Below are positions 29,952 through 40,092 of a stretch of DNA of 64,000 nucleotides, piece by piece (the stretch's first letter is position 1; each line of letters begins with the position of its first letter). Under the pieces are notes generated by a model, which was not told where the DNA came from, made no database searches, and saw only the letters and a list, made by a program, of their open reading frames with translations. The position numbers were made by a program, and so were the translations under genes. The DNA lies in NCBI GenBank assembly GCA_965214775.1, contig OZ243974.1, positions 896,001-960,000 on the forward strand, given 5' to 3'. Source of the stretch: Nitrosopumilus sp. Lineage in GTDB: Archaea; Thermoproteota; Nitrososphaeria; Nitrososphaerales; Nitrosopumilaceae.

Positions 29952-30767
29952 ACATGGAGCTTTCAAGGGAGGCATACAAAATAATCATTACATATGAGGA
30001 CGATCACGTGCGTACACACCTGCTAAACGCCATATCTGACATGTTTACGTGTCTAGCGTATCTAGGAATGCCGCCGCACAACAACGATACGGAGCGGTGC
30101 ATACGCAACGGGATCATACCACAACGCAATGCGCGCCACAAGATCGTAACTGACGGTGGAAGAAAGACGGCTTCTGCACTGCTGACGTTCTCGATGACAT
30201 GTCGCAAGCAGAATATACATCCTGCAGGTGGACTCTTGGAATACCTGCGGAATCCTGACTGGGATGTCTTTGCAGAAGCAGGCGATGATGATGATATGCG
30301 CCTGCTGTCCTCGCTTGTCAATACGGACGGTACAAGATACGGCGTCTTTGAGTGTCCCGGGCCGCCGTCGGTGTGGCGGCCTGTAGTCGCCGATGAGGAC
30401 GCAGGCAGCAGAGGAGGAGCGGTACGGCGGGACCGGACGGCCGTCGTACCAGTAGCAGCTCCCATAACAACATGATCCGTCTGGCGCCTACGGGACGGCG
30501 TAACCCGTAGCTTCATGTCAAAGAATCCGACTGTGTAGACAAGTCTGCCAATTGACAGCGCCTTGCAAGTGTAACAATTTCTGACTGCATGGCAAGTGCC
30601 GTATGCCAATCTGTTGTATGCACGGCGTCAGTCAGTCAGTCTTGCATGTACAAAGGATGTGTCAGTAACAGTGTATCTAGTCTGTCACAACAGATGATGC
30701 GAAATGATCAAAAAGTTCTTGGAAAAAAGTTGGCTTGTCAGTATAAAAAGGACCTGATGTTGTACGA

Positions 30768-31748
30768 TTATTCGTTGTAGATGGGCTTTACAAGATCTGC
30801 CACATCGGCCCATGACTGGATTACTTTTTCAAACAAATAGACCAAATCAAGGAAATCCATCGGAATTTCCTTTTTCTTGTCCAGGCTTGCACGCAGCGAA
30901 CTGAGTTTGCCTTCCAGTTCCTTATGGGACGAAATTGCTTCGATTGCCAGTAACCTGTCAGGCCCTGTAAAGGCATCGATGGATTTTTCAGCCAAGATGT
31001 CAAAATTCCTCACAACGTCAAAAATTTTCTTTGTGTGCTCCTTTGAAAGTGATGAACTGTAAATCAGGTCGGACAGCTCAACTATGGAATCGCCTGCATT
31101 TTCCAACAGGTTTGCAGCAACCCTGTAATCCAGAATGTCAATGTTTTCCAGATTAAAGGCAGTTGCCAGCCTTCTGTCTACAAGGGTACTTCGGATTAAT
31201 CTGACCAGCAAAAAGTACTGCCGGTTAACTTCCACATCGCGATTTGGAATGGTTTGCAGGTTGGATTTGTCATTTGATGTCAGGCCGTTTGTCGCATCGT
31301 CATACATTCCCAGAGCAATCGAGCTCATTCTTTTGAGAATTTTTTGCGGATTTAGCGTCGTTGCATCCAAAAGAAACTGCATGTTAATGTGACGGGCGTC
31401 CTCTTCAATTATTTCCATTCCAACAAGTCGCCTCATGGAATTGCGTATCTGCTCTCGATCTTGGCCAGGAATTATGGACTTTGAGTTGATTTGAATGATG
31501 TCATATCCCAAAAGATATGCACCGGTAATGTCTGCAACGATATTCTCCTCTTTTGGCAGGGGATATGAAATAACCAATTCCTTGGTTCTGCGGGTTTCTT
31601 TGTTTGCAGAAATGGAAATGCTGTCCTGGCCGGTTTCAAGTTCTACCTGACTGCTTTTATCCAAGTTGTTTGCATCAACCCATTCTTTTGGAAGGGAGAC
31701 TAGAATGCTGCTTCCGATTCTTTGCAGGCGTCTAATGAATTTAGTCAA
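30768..31748 (-). CDS. phoU: Phosphate uptake regulator (AbrB-PhoU fusion)
   Basis: RRLQRIGSSILVSLPKEW AbrB N-terminus, AYLLGYD, RDVEVNRQYFL, LENAGD. Confidence 0.85.
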   Translation of the reverse strand: MTKFIRRLQRIGSSILVSLPKEWVDANNLDKSSQVELETGQDSISISANKETRRTKELVISYPLPKEENIVADITGAYLLGYDIIQINSKSIIPGQDREQIRNSMRRLVGMEIIEEDARHINMQFLLDATTLNPQKILKRMSSIALGMYDDATNGLTSNDKSNLQTIPNRDVEVNRQYFLLVRLIRSTLVDRRLATAFNLENIDILDYRVAANLLENAGDSIVELSDLIYSSSLSKEHTKKIFDVVRNFDILAEKSIDAFTGPDRLLAIEAISSHKELEGKLSSLRASLDKKKEIPMDFLDLVYLFEKVIQSWADVADLVKPIYNE

Positions 31749-31813
31749 TTTATACTAATTTAATTAATTTAAGCCATATTCTTATATTTTGTGTTAAATT
31801 TAAACTCAAATGA

Positions 31814-32725
31814 ATGGAGGCCAAGGCGTTTTGTCCTGCACACATCACAGGCTTTTTCACAGCCCATTTAGGTGACTCGCAAAAAAATTCCGAGAGTCTT
31901 GGTTCGACGGGGGCAGGGTTCTCAATCAAGCAAGGAGTAACAACCAGCGTGATGGTTAGTGAAAGGCAGGGGCAGGAATCAAATTTTAAGATTTCAGCAG
32001 TTGGTTACGAGTCAGACAAGACCGACATATCGGAATTCGTTCTGAATGAATTTCTAAAACTGGGAGATTTCTCAAACAGGTTTTTTGATATCAGGCATGA
32101 AATTACAATTCCGGTCGGCTATGGCTTGGGATCAAGCGGTGCTGTTGCCTTGTCACTTTCATTTGCCTTAGACGAGGCCTTGCAGACAAAATTAGACAGG
32201 ACAGAGATTGGAAGGATTGCTCATAATGCCGAAGTTAGTTGCAAAACGGGCCTTGGAGACGTATTGGCCTCATACCACGGCGGGTTTGAGATCAGGGTCA
32301 AGCCGGGAGCTCCGGGAGTAGGAAACGTTGAAAAAATTTCAACTGAGAAAATTTCGATCATAATGGTTTGCTTTTCCCCGATTTCTACAAACAGGTTCAT
32401 CAAAGACCGGCTATCACAAATCAACGGGCTTGGCGGCGTAATGGTCAACAGGTTGTTAGAATCAAGGAATTATGAGCATTTTCAGGATATGTCGTTGGAA
32501 TTTGCAGAATATGTTGACGTCATAACGCCAGAAATGCAGAAACTTGTCAGTGAGTTGTCTGAAATCGGCATCAAGTGCGGGATTGCCCTGTTTGGCGAGA
32601 CGGTTTTCACGATGATTCCAAAAGACAAGGAAGACGCCGTCTTTGGGGTTTTGAAAAAACATTCTGGCGGAATAGTCATAAAGTCAGAACTAGACGACGT
32701 TGGAGCAAGAGTTCTGAGCAATTGA
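31814..32725 (+). CDS. Pantoate kinase (GHMP family)
   Basis: FCPAHITGFF, GSTGAG, IPVGYGLGSSGA, AHNAEV..KTGLGDV; in the CoA operon. Confidence 0.9.
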   Translation: MEAKAFCPAHITGFFTAHLGDSQKNSESLGSTGAGFSIKQGVTTSVMVSERQGQESNFKISAVGYESDKTDISEFVLNEFLKLGDFSNRFFDIRHEITIPVGYGLGSSGAVALSLSFALDEALQTKLDRTEIGRIAHNAEVSCKTGLGDVLASYHGGFEIRVKPGAPGVGNVEKISTEKISIIMVCFSPISTNRFIKDRLSQINGLGGVMVNRLLESRNYEHFQDMSLEFAEYVDVITPEMQKLVSELSEIGIKCGIALFGETVFTMIPKDKEDAVFGVLKKHSGGIVIKSELDDVGARVLSN

Positions 32726-33502
32726 TTGAAAACCATGCCGCCGCTAATTCCAAAATCCCACCCAAGAGCAAAATCACTATCAATAAGAAAAAGACTGGTA
32801 GACGGCTTTGATGGAGGATTGGTGGCAAAGGAGGGGCTTTTAGCTCAGGGCAGAGGCGAGGCGTTTGACTACCTGCTTGGAGAGAAGACCGGAAAGGCGG
32901 CCAAAAAGGCCATCAGGGCAGCAGCGGCTCAGCTGATTCAGGCACAAAACCCGGTAATTTCGGTAAATGGAAACATTGCAGCCCTGTGCCCAAAACAGAT
33001 AGTCAGGCTGGCAGACCAGACCGGTGCAAAGCTTGAGGTAAACCTCTTTTATGCAGATGAAAACAGGAAAAAGGCCATAGTCAGGACCCTGAAGAAGAAC
33101 GGTGCAGGGGAGGTTCTTGGCATCAATCCAAGATCGTCGGCAAGACTAGACGGGACTGATTCGGAGAGAAGGATCGTGGACAGGAACGGGATTTTTGCTG
33201 CAGACATCGTGGTGGTTCCGTTAGAAGACGGAGACAGAACGATGGCACTGCAAAATGCAGGAAAGACCGTCATCACGTTTGATCTTAATCCACTTTCCAG
33301 AACCTCTCAGACTGCGGACATTACAATTGTAGACAATGTCACAAGGGCAGTTGATTTGCTGACAGCTGAATGCAGGAAACTGTCCAGATCAAGTCCAGAC
33401 AGAATAGAAAGAATCATTTCTGATTTCAATAACAGGGACAATCTTTCAGAGAATGTGATCCAGATAAGGAACAACCTGACAAGGAGGGCCAAGATTGCAT
33501 AA
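32726..33502 (+). CDS. 4-phosphopantoate--beta-alanine ligase (phosphopantothenate synthetase)
   Basis: IPKSHPR..SL, GRGEAFDYLLGE, PVISVNGN, VPLEDGDR, DLNPLSRT. Confidence 0.93.
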   Translation: MKTMPPLIPKSHPRAKSLSIRKRLVDGFDGGLVAKEGLLAQGRGEAFDYLLGEKTGKAAKKAIRAAAAQLIQAQNPVISVNGNIAALCPKQIVRLADQTGAKLEVNLFYADENRKKAIVRTLKKNGAGEVLGINPRSSARLDGTDSERRIVDRNGIFAADIVVVPLEDGDRTMALQNAGKTVITFDLNPLSRTSQTADITIVDNVTRAVDLLTAECRKLSRSSPDRIERIISDFNNRDNLSENVIQIRNNLTRRAKIA

Positions 33503-34337
33503 ATCTGTTCAAGACATCCTGGACATGAAAAGGGAGGGAAGGAAGATTTCTGTAATTACCAGTTATGATTACACGCTAGCATCGTTGTGCGACAAAGCCG
33601 GAATTGACATTTTGCTGGTTGGCGACAGTGCAGGCATGGTAATGCTAGGGTATGAAGATACAATCGCAGTCACAATGGATCAGATGTGCATGTTTACCGA
33701 ATCCGTAAGCAATGCAAGAAGGTCCTCGTTGCTAGTAGCCGACCTGCCGTTTATGTCATATCAGGCAAGTGCAGAGGATGCGATAAGCAATTCAGGGAGA
33801 CTGATCAGGTCAGGGGCAGACGCGGTAAAACTGGAGGGGGGCTCGACAATGGCCAAGACAGTTGGCGCAATAGTCGGCGTTGGAATTCCAGTCATGGGAC
33901 ATATCGGATTGCAGCCCCAGACTACAACGCTATCGCAGGGATACAGGGTGCAAGGAAAGACAAAAGACGCCGCAATGAAGCTAATCCAGGATGCAAAAGA
34001 TCTTCAAGAAGCCGGGGTGTTCAGCATTGCAATAGAGATGGTCAGTCACGAGGTTGCACGGATTATCTCAGAAACAGTAGACGTTCCGATTATCGGAATC
34101 GGCTCGGGAGCAGGCTGCGACGGACAGGTGCTGGTTGTTCAGGACTTGCTGGGCATGTATGATAAGATCAGGCCCAAATTTGCCAAGAGATACATGAATC
34201 TGTCCGAAGACATTGTAAAATCGCTTGAAAATTACAGAAATGACGTCGTCTCAGGAGCGTTTCCTGCCGAAGAAAATTGGTTTTCGATGGACGAAGCAGA
34301 GTTGAAAAAATTACGTGATCATGTTGCCGGCAGCTAA
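33495..34337 (+). CDS. panB: 3-methyl-2-oxobutanoate hydroxymethyltransferase
   Basis: TSYD, LLVGDS, DLPFMSY, AVKLEGG, MGHIGLQPQ, IGIGSG..CDGQVLV. Confidence 0.96.
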   Translation: MHKSVQDILDMKREGRKISVITSYDYTLASLCDKAGIDILLVGDSAGMVMLGYEDTIAVTMDQMCMFTESVSNARRSSLLVADLPFMSYQASAEDAISNSGRLIRSGADAVKLEGGSTMAKTVGAIVGVGIPVMGHIGLQPQTTTLSQGYRVQGKTKDAAMKLIQDAKDLQEAGVFSIAIEMVSHEVARIISETVDVPIIGIGSGAGCDGQVLVVQDLLGMYDKIRPKFAKRYMNLSEDIVKSLENYRNDVVSGAFPAEENWFSMDEAELKKLRDHVAGS

Positions 34338-35586
34338 GAAAAAACCTAAGAAAAATCATCGTCGTCATCATCCGTCACTAGACATTGTCTCATCCCACGG
34401 AACAGAGCTGTCAGGAAGGAAGATTGTTCTGTGTGTGGCAGGCAGTGTTGCAGCATACAAGGCAATAGAACTGTCCAGGTTGCTCATGAGACACGGTGCG
34501 GATGTGACTTGCGTAGCAAGCAGTGCCGTGACCAAGCTGATCCAGCCCGATTATTTCAAATGGGCTACGGGAAATGATGTGATTACAAAGCTTACCGGGA
34601 AACTGGAACACATAAGATTGGCCGATTACAGGCAATCAGACTTGTTGGTCGTCTATCCCGGAACGGCAAATACGCTTGGAAAATTAGCTAATGGTATTGA
34701 CGATACGCCTATTTCCACAGTGTTGACAGTCGGATTTGGCTCAAAAATTCCAATTTTGATGTGTCTGGCAATGCATGAGTCAATGTATGAAAATTCTGCA
34801 GTAAAAAGGAACGTTGATTTTTTGAAAAGCAAGATCCAGTTTGTGAATCCGCAGGTGATCGAGGGAAAGGCAAAAGCCCCGGAGCCGGAACGTGTCCTAG
34901 AAGAGGTGTTGGGCAGGTTTGGTTTTTCGCCTGTTCTGAAGGATAAGAGAGTTCTCATGACGGCGGGTCCTACGATTGAATACATTGATCCCGTAAGAGT
35001 AATTACAAATGTCAGTTCGGGAAAAACAGGGGTACTGCTTGCATCAGAACTGGTTTCTGCCGGCGCAAAAGTTTCCATGATATATGGGCCGGGAAACGAA
35101 ATGCCTCCAAAGGGCGCAAAAGTTACCAACGTTAAAACAGGCAAGGAGATGTACGATGCGGCAAAAAAGGAGCTGGAGAAAAAATTCGATGTCGTCATCA
35201 TGGCAGCTGCTGCATCTGATTATACGCCTTCAAGGTTCTCAAAATCAAAGATCAAAAGCACGAAAAGATCCCTTAGTATCAGCCTCAAAAAAGCCCCAAA
35301 AATCATCGATTTGGTCAGAAAGTCTCAAAAAGAGGCGTTTCTCGTCGGATTCAAAGCCGAGACAGATGTTTCTCAGGGCAGCCTGATAAAATCAGCCCAA
35401 AAAAAGATGGTTGATTCGGATGCCGACATGATAATTGCAAACGACATTGGAAAAAAATATCAGAAGAATCCACAGATGAACAATGTTTTGATAGTTGACA
35501 GAAACAATGTGAAATCCTCAGGATGGAGAAAAAAAGAAAGCATTGCCAAGCTTATCAGAAAAGAGATCGAAAACAGGCTGAAATGA
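34315..35586 (+). CDS. coaBC: Phosphopantothenoylcysteine decarboxylase / phosphopantothenate-cysteine ligase
   Basis: GSVAAYK, TANTLGKLANGIDD, TAGPTIEYIDPVRVITNVSSGKTG, VGFKAET. Confidence 0.96.
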   Translation: MIMLPAAKKKPKKNHRRHHPSLDIVSSHGTELSGRKIVLCVAGSVAAYKAIELSRLLMRHGADVTCVASSAVTKLIQPDYFKWATGNDVITKLTGKLEHIRLADYRQSDLLVVYPGTANTLGKLANGIDDTPISTVLTVGFGSKIPILMCLAMHESMYENSAVKRNVDFLKSKIQFVNPQVIEGKAKAPEPERVLEEVLGRFGFSPVLKDKRVLMTAGPTIEYIDPVRVITNVSSGKTGVLLASELVSAGAKVSMIYGPGNEMPPKGAKVTNVKTGKEMYDAAKKELEKKFDVVIMAAAASDYTPSRFSKSKIKSTKRSLSISLKKAPKIIDLVRKSQKEAFLVGFKAETDVSQGSLIKSAQKKMVDSDADMIIANDIGKKYQKNPQMNNVLIVDRNNVKSSGWRKKESIAKLIRKEIENRLK

Positions 35587-35772
35587 AGAAATCGGAGACA
35601 AAAAATGGTTTCAACGGATGTTAAAGCAAGACAAAAAATGAAAAAGAAAAATTTCGATACACTCAAACGTATGCGACACTTCTCCTTTGAGCATCATCCA
35701 TATCCAGTAACAAAAAGTTCTCAGTCAAACCAGATACAATGGATCTACACATCAAACTGGAACAAAATTATG

Positions 35773-35882
35773 GTAATAGTTCGGGCTCTAAGTTTAGGCA
35801 TGAAAATCATTACTAATGAATGCCGATCAAAATAGAATTTGTGCATAAAATCATAAACGGCTTCCAGAACCCGATCAGTTAT
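35773..35882. mobile_element. Degenerate MITE family A variant
   Basis: GTAATAGTTCGGGCTCT...CTTCCAGAACCCGATCAGTTAT, closest to the 49075 copy. Confidence 0.7.
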
Positions 35883-35883
35883 C

Positions 35884-36116
35884 AAAAGGGAGTGCGTCTG
35901 GCCGCATGACTTTGCTAGGTTCCAGGATGCAAAAGCCGTCATGGCAGAGGCGTTTGAGGATTACAATTCCAACAGGATCCACTCTACACTGGGATACCTG
36001 ACGCCAGACAAGCTTGTCCGAAAAACCCGGAAAATAAGGGGGTATGGTAAAAATGAGCGATCAAAGTGTGCGTAAAAGATCGCCAAAAGCGTTCCTATTT
36101 TATGGGATCCACTCCA
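35884..36116 (+). pseudogene. IS3-family transposase C-terminal remnant with right end
   Basis: KRECVWPHDFARFQDA..AFEDYNSNRIHSTLGYLTP; ends GGATCCACTCCA. Confidence 0.78.
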
Positions 36117-36156
36117 CGCCTGCCACGCCGTATCTCAGGTGAGGGGTAAACTCGTA
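36115..36156. mobile_element. Half copy of MITE family F
   Basis: CACGCCTGCCAC..GTATCTCAGGTGAGGGGTAAACTCGTA. Confidence 0.75.
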
Positions 36157-36304
36157 TCTGTATCTTGCGGACTGCAATGAGATGTAAAATGTTTTTATCT
36201 TTGTCAAGAAAAACTTGTAATTCTAACTTTTTGTTGCCTACCCCATCATCTAATATTCCAAACAGATACAAACCATCTCTGCATTCGTCACATTTGGTAT
36301 GATG

Positions 36305-36433
36305 GGGGTTGTCGCCTAATTCCGTCTACTTGACTCAATCTGCATATCTTTCTGGATTTCCGCCTTTTGTACGCCTGATCCACGTGGCATCTCAATGGTT
36401 TTCAGGAATTCTGATGAATTAGGCGACAACCCC
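36305..36433. mobile_element. MITE family C
   Basis: GGGGTTGTCGCCTAATTC...GAATTAGGCGACAACCCC. Confidence 0.9.
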
Positions 36434-36530
36434 CCCCCCATCGTACAATGACCAAGCGGATTCTGCATTGACGTGCCAGCTTTGGTGAAGTTTCAGCAAT
36501 CAGAATCTATAAAACAAACACCCACAAGCC

Positions 36531-37645
36531 ATGCTGCATAGTGTTACATCTATGACTACGTCGTATGAACTCTTTGTAGAAGTATTACGCTGTTCTTTTT
36601 TGGGTGGCAGGCACACCGTAAACGGCAAGGAATACGTGTTGGAACCGACGATACTCAGAAGGTATGACTTTATACAACAGGATCCGAGCTTCGGTCAAAA
36701 GTCGGAGATGAACCGGATGTTTTCTGACATGCCGGATTGCTTCAGGAACACGGCCAGGAGTGAGATGTACCGGAAGGACGGTGGATGGATTCGCATGGGC
36801 TACGACGAACTGAAGGTAAAGCAATACGACATGAACGGCGAAGCCTTTCTGATCCCCATCATGGATAAGAGAACCGTCGGCATAGACACCAGCAGCTACG
36901 ACGGTGACACGTACGTGTGCATGGGGTTCTTTGACAACCCCCATGCAGGCTATCACTATGTTGAGAGGTTCCTCGAGATTCCCAGATCAAGGGAACAGCC
37001 GTAACAGGTCGGGCTCTGGAAGCTGCTCCTGATTTTAGGCACAAATCTACACGGGAGGCCTCCCCGAGATAACAAAACTCGCGCCTGAACTTCCAGAGCC
37101 CGACCTGTTACGAACAGCCTTCTGAATTCAAATGGAACAAGACGAACGCAATGTACAGAAAACGCGTGACGGAGAATCTGGAGGAGCTGTTAAAGATATC
37201 GTGCGATGTGGTTCTGATGATCAAGACCAACGCGCTGATAAAACCGGCCGAAACAACGGTAGACATATTTGTCAAGCTTGTCGAGGGCTGGTTTACGAAC
37301 TATGATTACATTGGCCAGAAAAGAACCGCGCTGAGGGACAGGCTGTTTGCACTGGCAGATTCCACGCCGGTTCACAGCGATTCAGACTTTAGTCCGCTCA
37401 GCCCGAGCAAGGTGACACGGCAACTAGTCAGGATACTGTCTGCGGGTAGGCCATATGAACCGCTGTATGCCACCAAGGAGTCCCACGAGTCAGAGCCGAT
37501 CCAGCTTGCAGACGTCTTGTGTGGGGCGCTGGCACGACAAATCATGGACAAAAAGACCGACATCTTGACTCCGTGGGAATTTCATAATCGGTTGAGGAGT
37601 AAGAAAGATGAAAAGACAGCAAAGTATCACTACTGGAGATTTTGA
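36531..37645 (+). pseudogene. DUF3800-like protein split by a MITE
   Basis: VGIDTSS, EFKWNK and SEPIQLADVLCG motifs. Removing 37001-37119 fuses the two ORFs in frame (REQPSEFKWNKTNAMYR). Confidence 0.75.
37001..37111. mobile_element. MITE family A
   Basis: Full TIRs with 8-bp TSD GAACAGCC (36993-37000, 37112-37119). Confidence 0.95.
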
Positions 37646-37661
37646 TAGCCACTGCCCTTAT

Positions 37662-37724
37662 AACACAGATGATCCCGCCTCTGGCGAGCCCATAGCCTGC
37701 TCGGCAGCAACTTGATCATATGTT
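37662..37724. ncRNA. Candidate structured RNA 3' of the DUF3800-like gene
   Basis: Closing stem AACA..ATGATC/GATCAT..TGTT enclosing hairpins CGCC-TCT-GGCG and CTGC-TCG-GCAG. Confidence 0.3.
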
Positions 37725-37786
37725 GGACATACCTGGATATAAGTTGGTATCTGTGAGCTGTCCCAGAGTATAAAAACACGGCAGGA

Positions 37787-37960
37787 TTAGCGAGGCCTAT
37801 ATCGTGGATTTATTTGGTTTGATGCTTTGGCACGCATCTTTCTCCTGAACCTTTTGACACACTTGTCAGGATTGCCCATGATGTCATGCTCCCAAAAGCG
37901 CAGCACGGACCAGCCCTCGCGCCTCAGTCTAGCCAACACGCGACGATCCCTGTCCATGTT
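37787..37960 (-). pseudogene. Vsr/DUF559-like endonuclease C-terminal remnant
   Basis: NMDRDRRVLARLRREGWSVLRFWEHDI is the Vsr C-terminal signature; the N-terminus is missing or decayed. Confidence 0.7.
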
Positions 37961-38319
37961 TCCCTGGGGCTCCGGCGACTCTGTCTGAGGTTTCTCAACA
38001 CCTAACCGACACGCGACGATCCCTGAGAGTTGATTCGAAATTAGCAAATTTTGATCAAATGGGCACATAATGTACGCCAACCCGATCCAAATGCAGGCAA
38101 GGCGTACGTAATCCATGAAATTACTTGCTAGATTGTCAGAGTCCCCGCGCATTCAGGATGTGTGCCGGCATGACCGTCCCTAGTCTTCCCAGTAGCCCAA
38201 AAAACGGCCCCGGATTTGAAACAAATCAAATTGTGATGCCTGCAGATTCGCCCGCTGCCATCTGCACAGTCATGAATCATGTACTTCTGTGAAGACTGGT
38301 CCCCGAGTTTGATTTATTG

Positions 38320-38410
38320 GTAAGAGTTTACCCCTCCCCCAAGATACGACGTGGCAGGCGTGACCATGAAGGCTCCGGCCAGCAGTACAGCCTGAGGGGT
38401 AAACTCTTAC
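38320..38410. mobile_element. MITE family F
   Basis: GTAAGAGTTTACCCCT...AGGGGTAAACTCTTAC, near-identical to 50446-50536. Confidence 0.9.
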
Positions 38411-38677
38411 GGGCTCTGGAAGCTGTTCCTGTCTGTCGGCCGGAGCTCTTATGATCACGTCTGCCACGCCGGGGGTAAACTCTTACGGGCTCTGGAAGCT
38501 GTTCCTGTAGTGCGCACATCAAAAAATGGATCATAATTTTGACATATCGTGCCTATTTTAATAAAAAATGTCCAGATTTCAACTGTGCACACTGACTTCA
38601 GGCACGAATTTGCCCGGGAGGCCGCCGCTCCAAGGTGACAAAACTCACGCCTGAACTTCCAGAGCCCGACCTGTTAC
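38411..38677. mobile_element. Fragmented family A and partial family F mosaic
   Basis: GGGCTCTGGAAGCTGTTCCTG occurs twice, each directly after an F end. A right half at about 38598-38677. Confidence 0.75.
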
Positions 38678-38717
38678 GAAGAACATTAAAATCAGAACCA
38701 AGAGATCTGAAAGAAAA

Positions 38718-39563
38718 TTGAAAGTCGATTCGTTTGAATACAAAAAAAGAAATATGGAAATTTGGAACGAAATTGCGCCAAGATATCACAAGAGATGGGC
38801 TACTGCGACACACGGACCCTTTCAGAGTACGGAAAAACTAGTAGGGCATCTTGGTGTAAAGAAGGGCAACAGCGTATTGGATGTTGCATGTGGTACGGGG
38901 GCAGTAACCAAGAGGCTGAGTCAGAAAGTCGGCAAGTCAGGCAGTGTTGTTGCCGCAGACACATCGGTTGCGGCAATAAAGATTGCGCAAAAATGGAACT
39001 GGGAGAACACAAACGTATCATTCGTAAATTCCGATGCAGAGAACTTTTCATTCAATCAAAAATTCGACATCGTTACCTGCCAGTATGCCTTGTTTTTCTT
39101 TCCAGATGCAGGCAGGGCGCTGAAAAACATGAGGAGGAATCTCAAAAAATCCGGAAAGATAGGCATATCCGTGCACGGCCACAGAGACAAGGTACCGTTT
39201 TTTGGAGCAATACGTGATGCCGTAACACAGTTCATTCCCGACTATATGCAGCAGCCAGGAACCCCAGACCTGGAAAGATACGGAACAAAAAAGGCCCTCA
39301 GAAACGAGATAGCAAAATCCGGATTTTCAAACATTTCAGTTTACGACTATGTTTTCAGATATAGCCCAAGAAAATTTGACGACTATTGGACAGATTACAT
39401 CAGATATGTTGCAAGGCCCCTCAAAGAAAAATTGTCAGCCTTGGGCAGATTGGAGAGAGAAAAACTCGGAGAGATGGTAAAGGAAAACACCAAACCGTTT
39501 ACAGATAGAAACGGAACGATTCATTTCCCTTGGGAAGTTTTAATTCTAACTGCAAAAAACTAG
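38718..39563 (+). CDS. Class I SAM-dependent methyltransferase (UbiE-like)
   Basis: VLDVACGTG, FDIVTCQYALFFFPD. Confidence 0.9.
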   Translation: MKVDSFEYKKRNMEIWNEIAPRYHKRWATATHGPFQSTEKLVGHLGVKKGNSVLDVACGTGAVTKRLSQKVGKSGSVVAADTSVAAIKIAQKWNWENTNVSFVNSDAENFSFNQKFDIVTCQYALFFFPDAGRALKNMRRNLKKSGKIGISVHGHRDKVPFFGAIRDAVTQFIPDYMQQPGTPDLERYGTKKALRNEIAKSGFSNISVYDYVFRYSPRKFDDYWTDYIRYVARPLKEKLSALGRLEREKLGEMVKENTKPFTDRNGTIHFPWEVLILTAKN

Positions 39564-39583
39564 ATGGGAGAGGTAGAAAAGAA

Positions 39584-40090
39584 ATGGGAAAAGACAGAAA
39601 GAGGAGAAAGGCCGGAGGCAGAGAAGACAGAGAAGAAAAGCCAAAAAACAGAGATTTTAAGGCATTTCTCAAAAAAAGAGCGCCAATTTATCTCGGATTA
39701 ATGGGACTGTTCCTAGTTTTTGCAGTGCCCGAACTAACCAAGGGGGACTTGGAGAGTTCATTTCCAGAACTTTCAACTGAAGATCAGCAGATAGTGGATG
39801 TTTTGATGGGATACAACGGGCCAGATGAAGCCGGTCTGACTGTAATGGAGGCATTATCAAGCAGGATAGCAGAGGAGTATCCCGATGAAAAAATTTACAA
39901 CAACAAGAAAACGAGTGTGGATCTGTCTGTTTTAAAAATTAATTCAGAGGAATACCAGGTAATGCTTGATTTCAAGTCACACAAGGGAGAAATGAATTAC
40001 GACTGGAATGTCAATGCAGATTCGAATGAAATAGATGCAAACAATCCAGATTCAAAACACATTCTAGACGTGGTGGATTATTACGACTAG
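39584..40090 (+). CDS. Hypothetical single-TM protein
   Basis: Basic N-terminus (MGKDRKRRK), one TM, acidic domain. Confidence 0.7.
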   Translation: MGKDRKRRKAGGREDREEKPKNRDFKAFLKKRAPIYLGLMGLFLVFAVPELTKGDLESSFPELSTEDQQIVDVLMGYNGPDEAGLTVMEALSSRIAEEYPDEKIYNNKKTSVDLSVLKINSEEYQVMLDFKSHKGEMNYDWNVNADSNEIDANNPDSKHILDVVDYYD

Positions 40091-40092
40091 TC

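Larger units (their letters stand above)
28670..30475 (+). pseudogene. IS66 transposase interrupted by two MITEs
   Basis: Coiled coil, CPKC/CPQC zinc finger, QVDETG, VVDG, QRCWRHL, PPHNNDTERCIR. Removing both inserts plus TSDs gives one 526-codon frame. Confidence 0.88.
19045..30765. mobile_element. 11.7 kb composite insertion carrying subtilase and serpin
   Basis: 8-bp direct repeat GATTATTC at 19037-19044 and 30766-30773. Ends GTAA... and ...GTAC. Removal makes the NUDIX and PhoU stop codons adjacent. Confidence 0.75.
28463..30765 (+). mobile_element. IS66-family element (single-ORF, ISBst12-like)
   Basis: About 40-bp TIR (A/G)TACAACATCAGGTCCTTTTTATACTGACAAGCCAACTTTT, inverted at 30725-30765. 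Confidence 0.88.
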
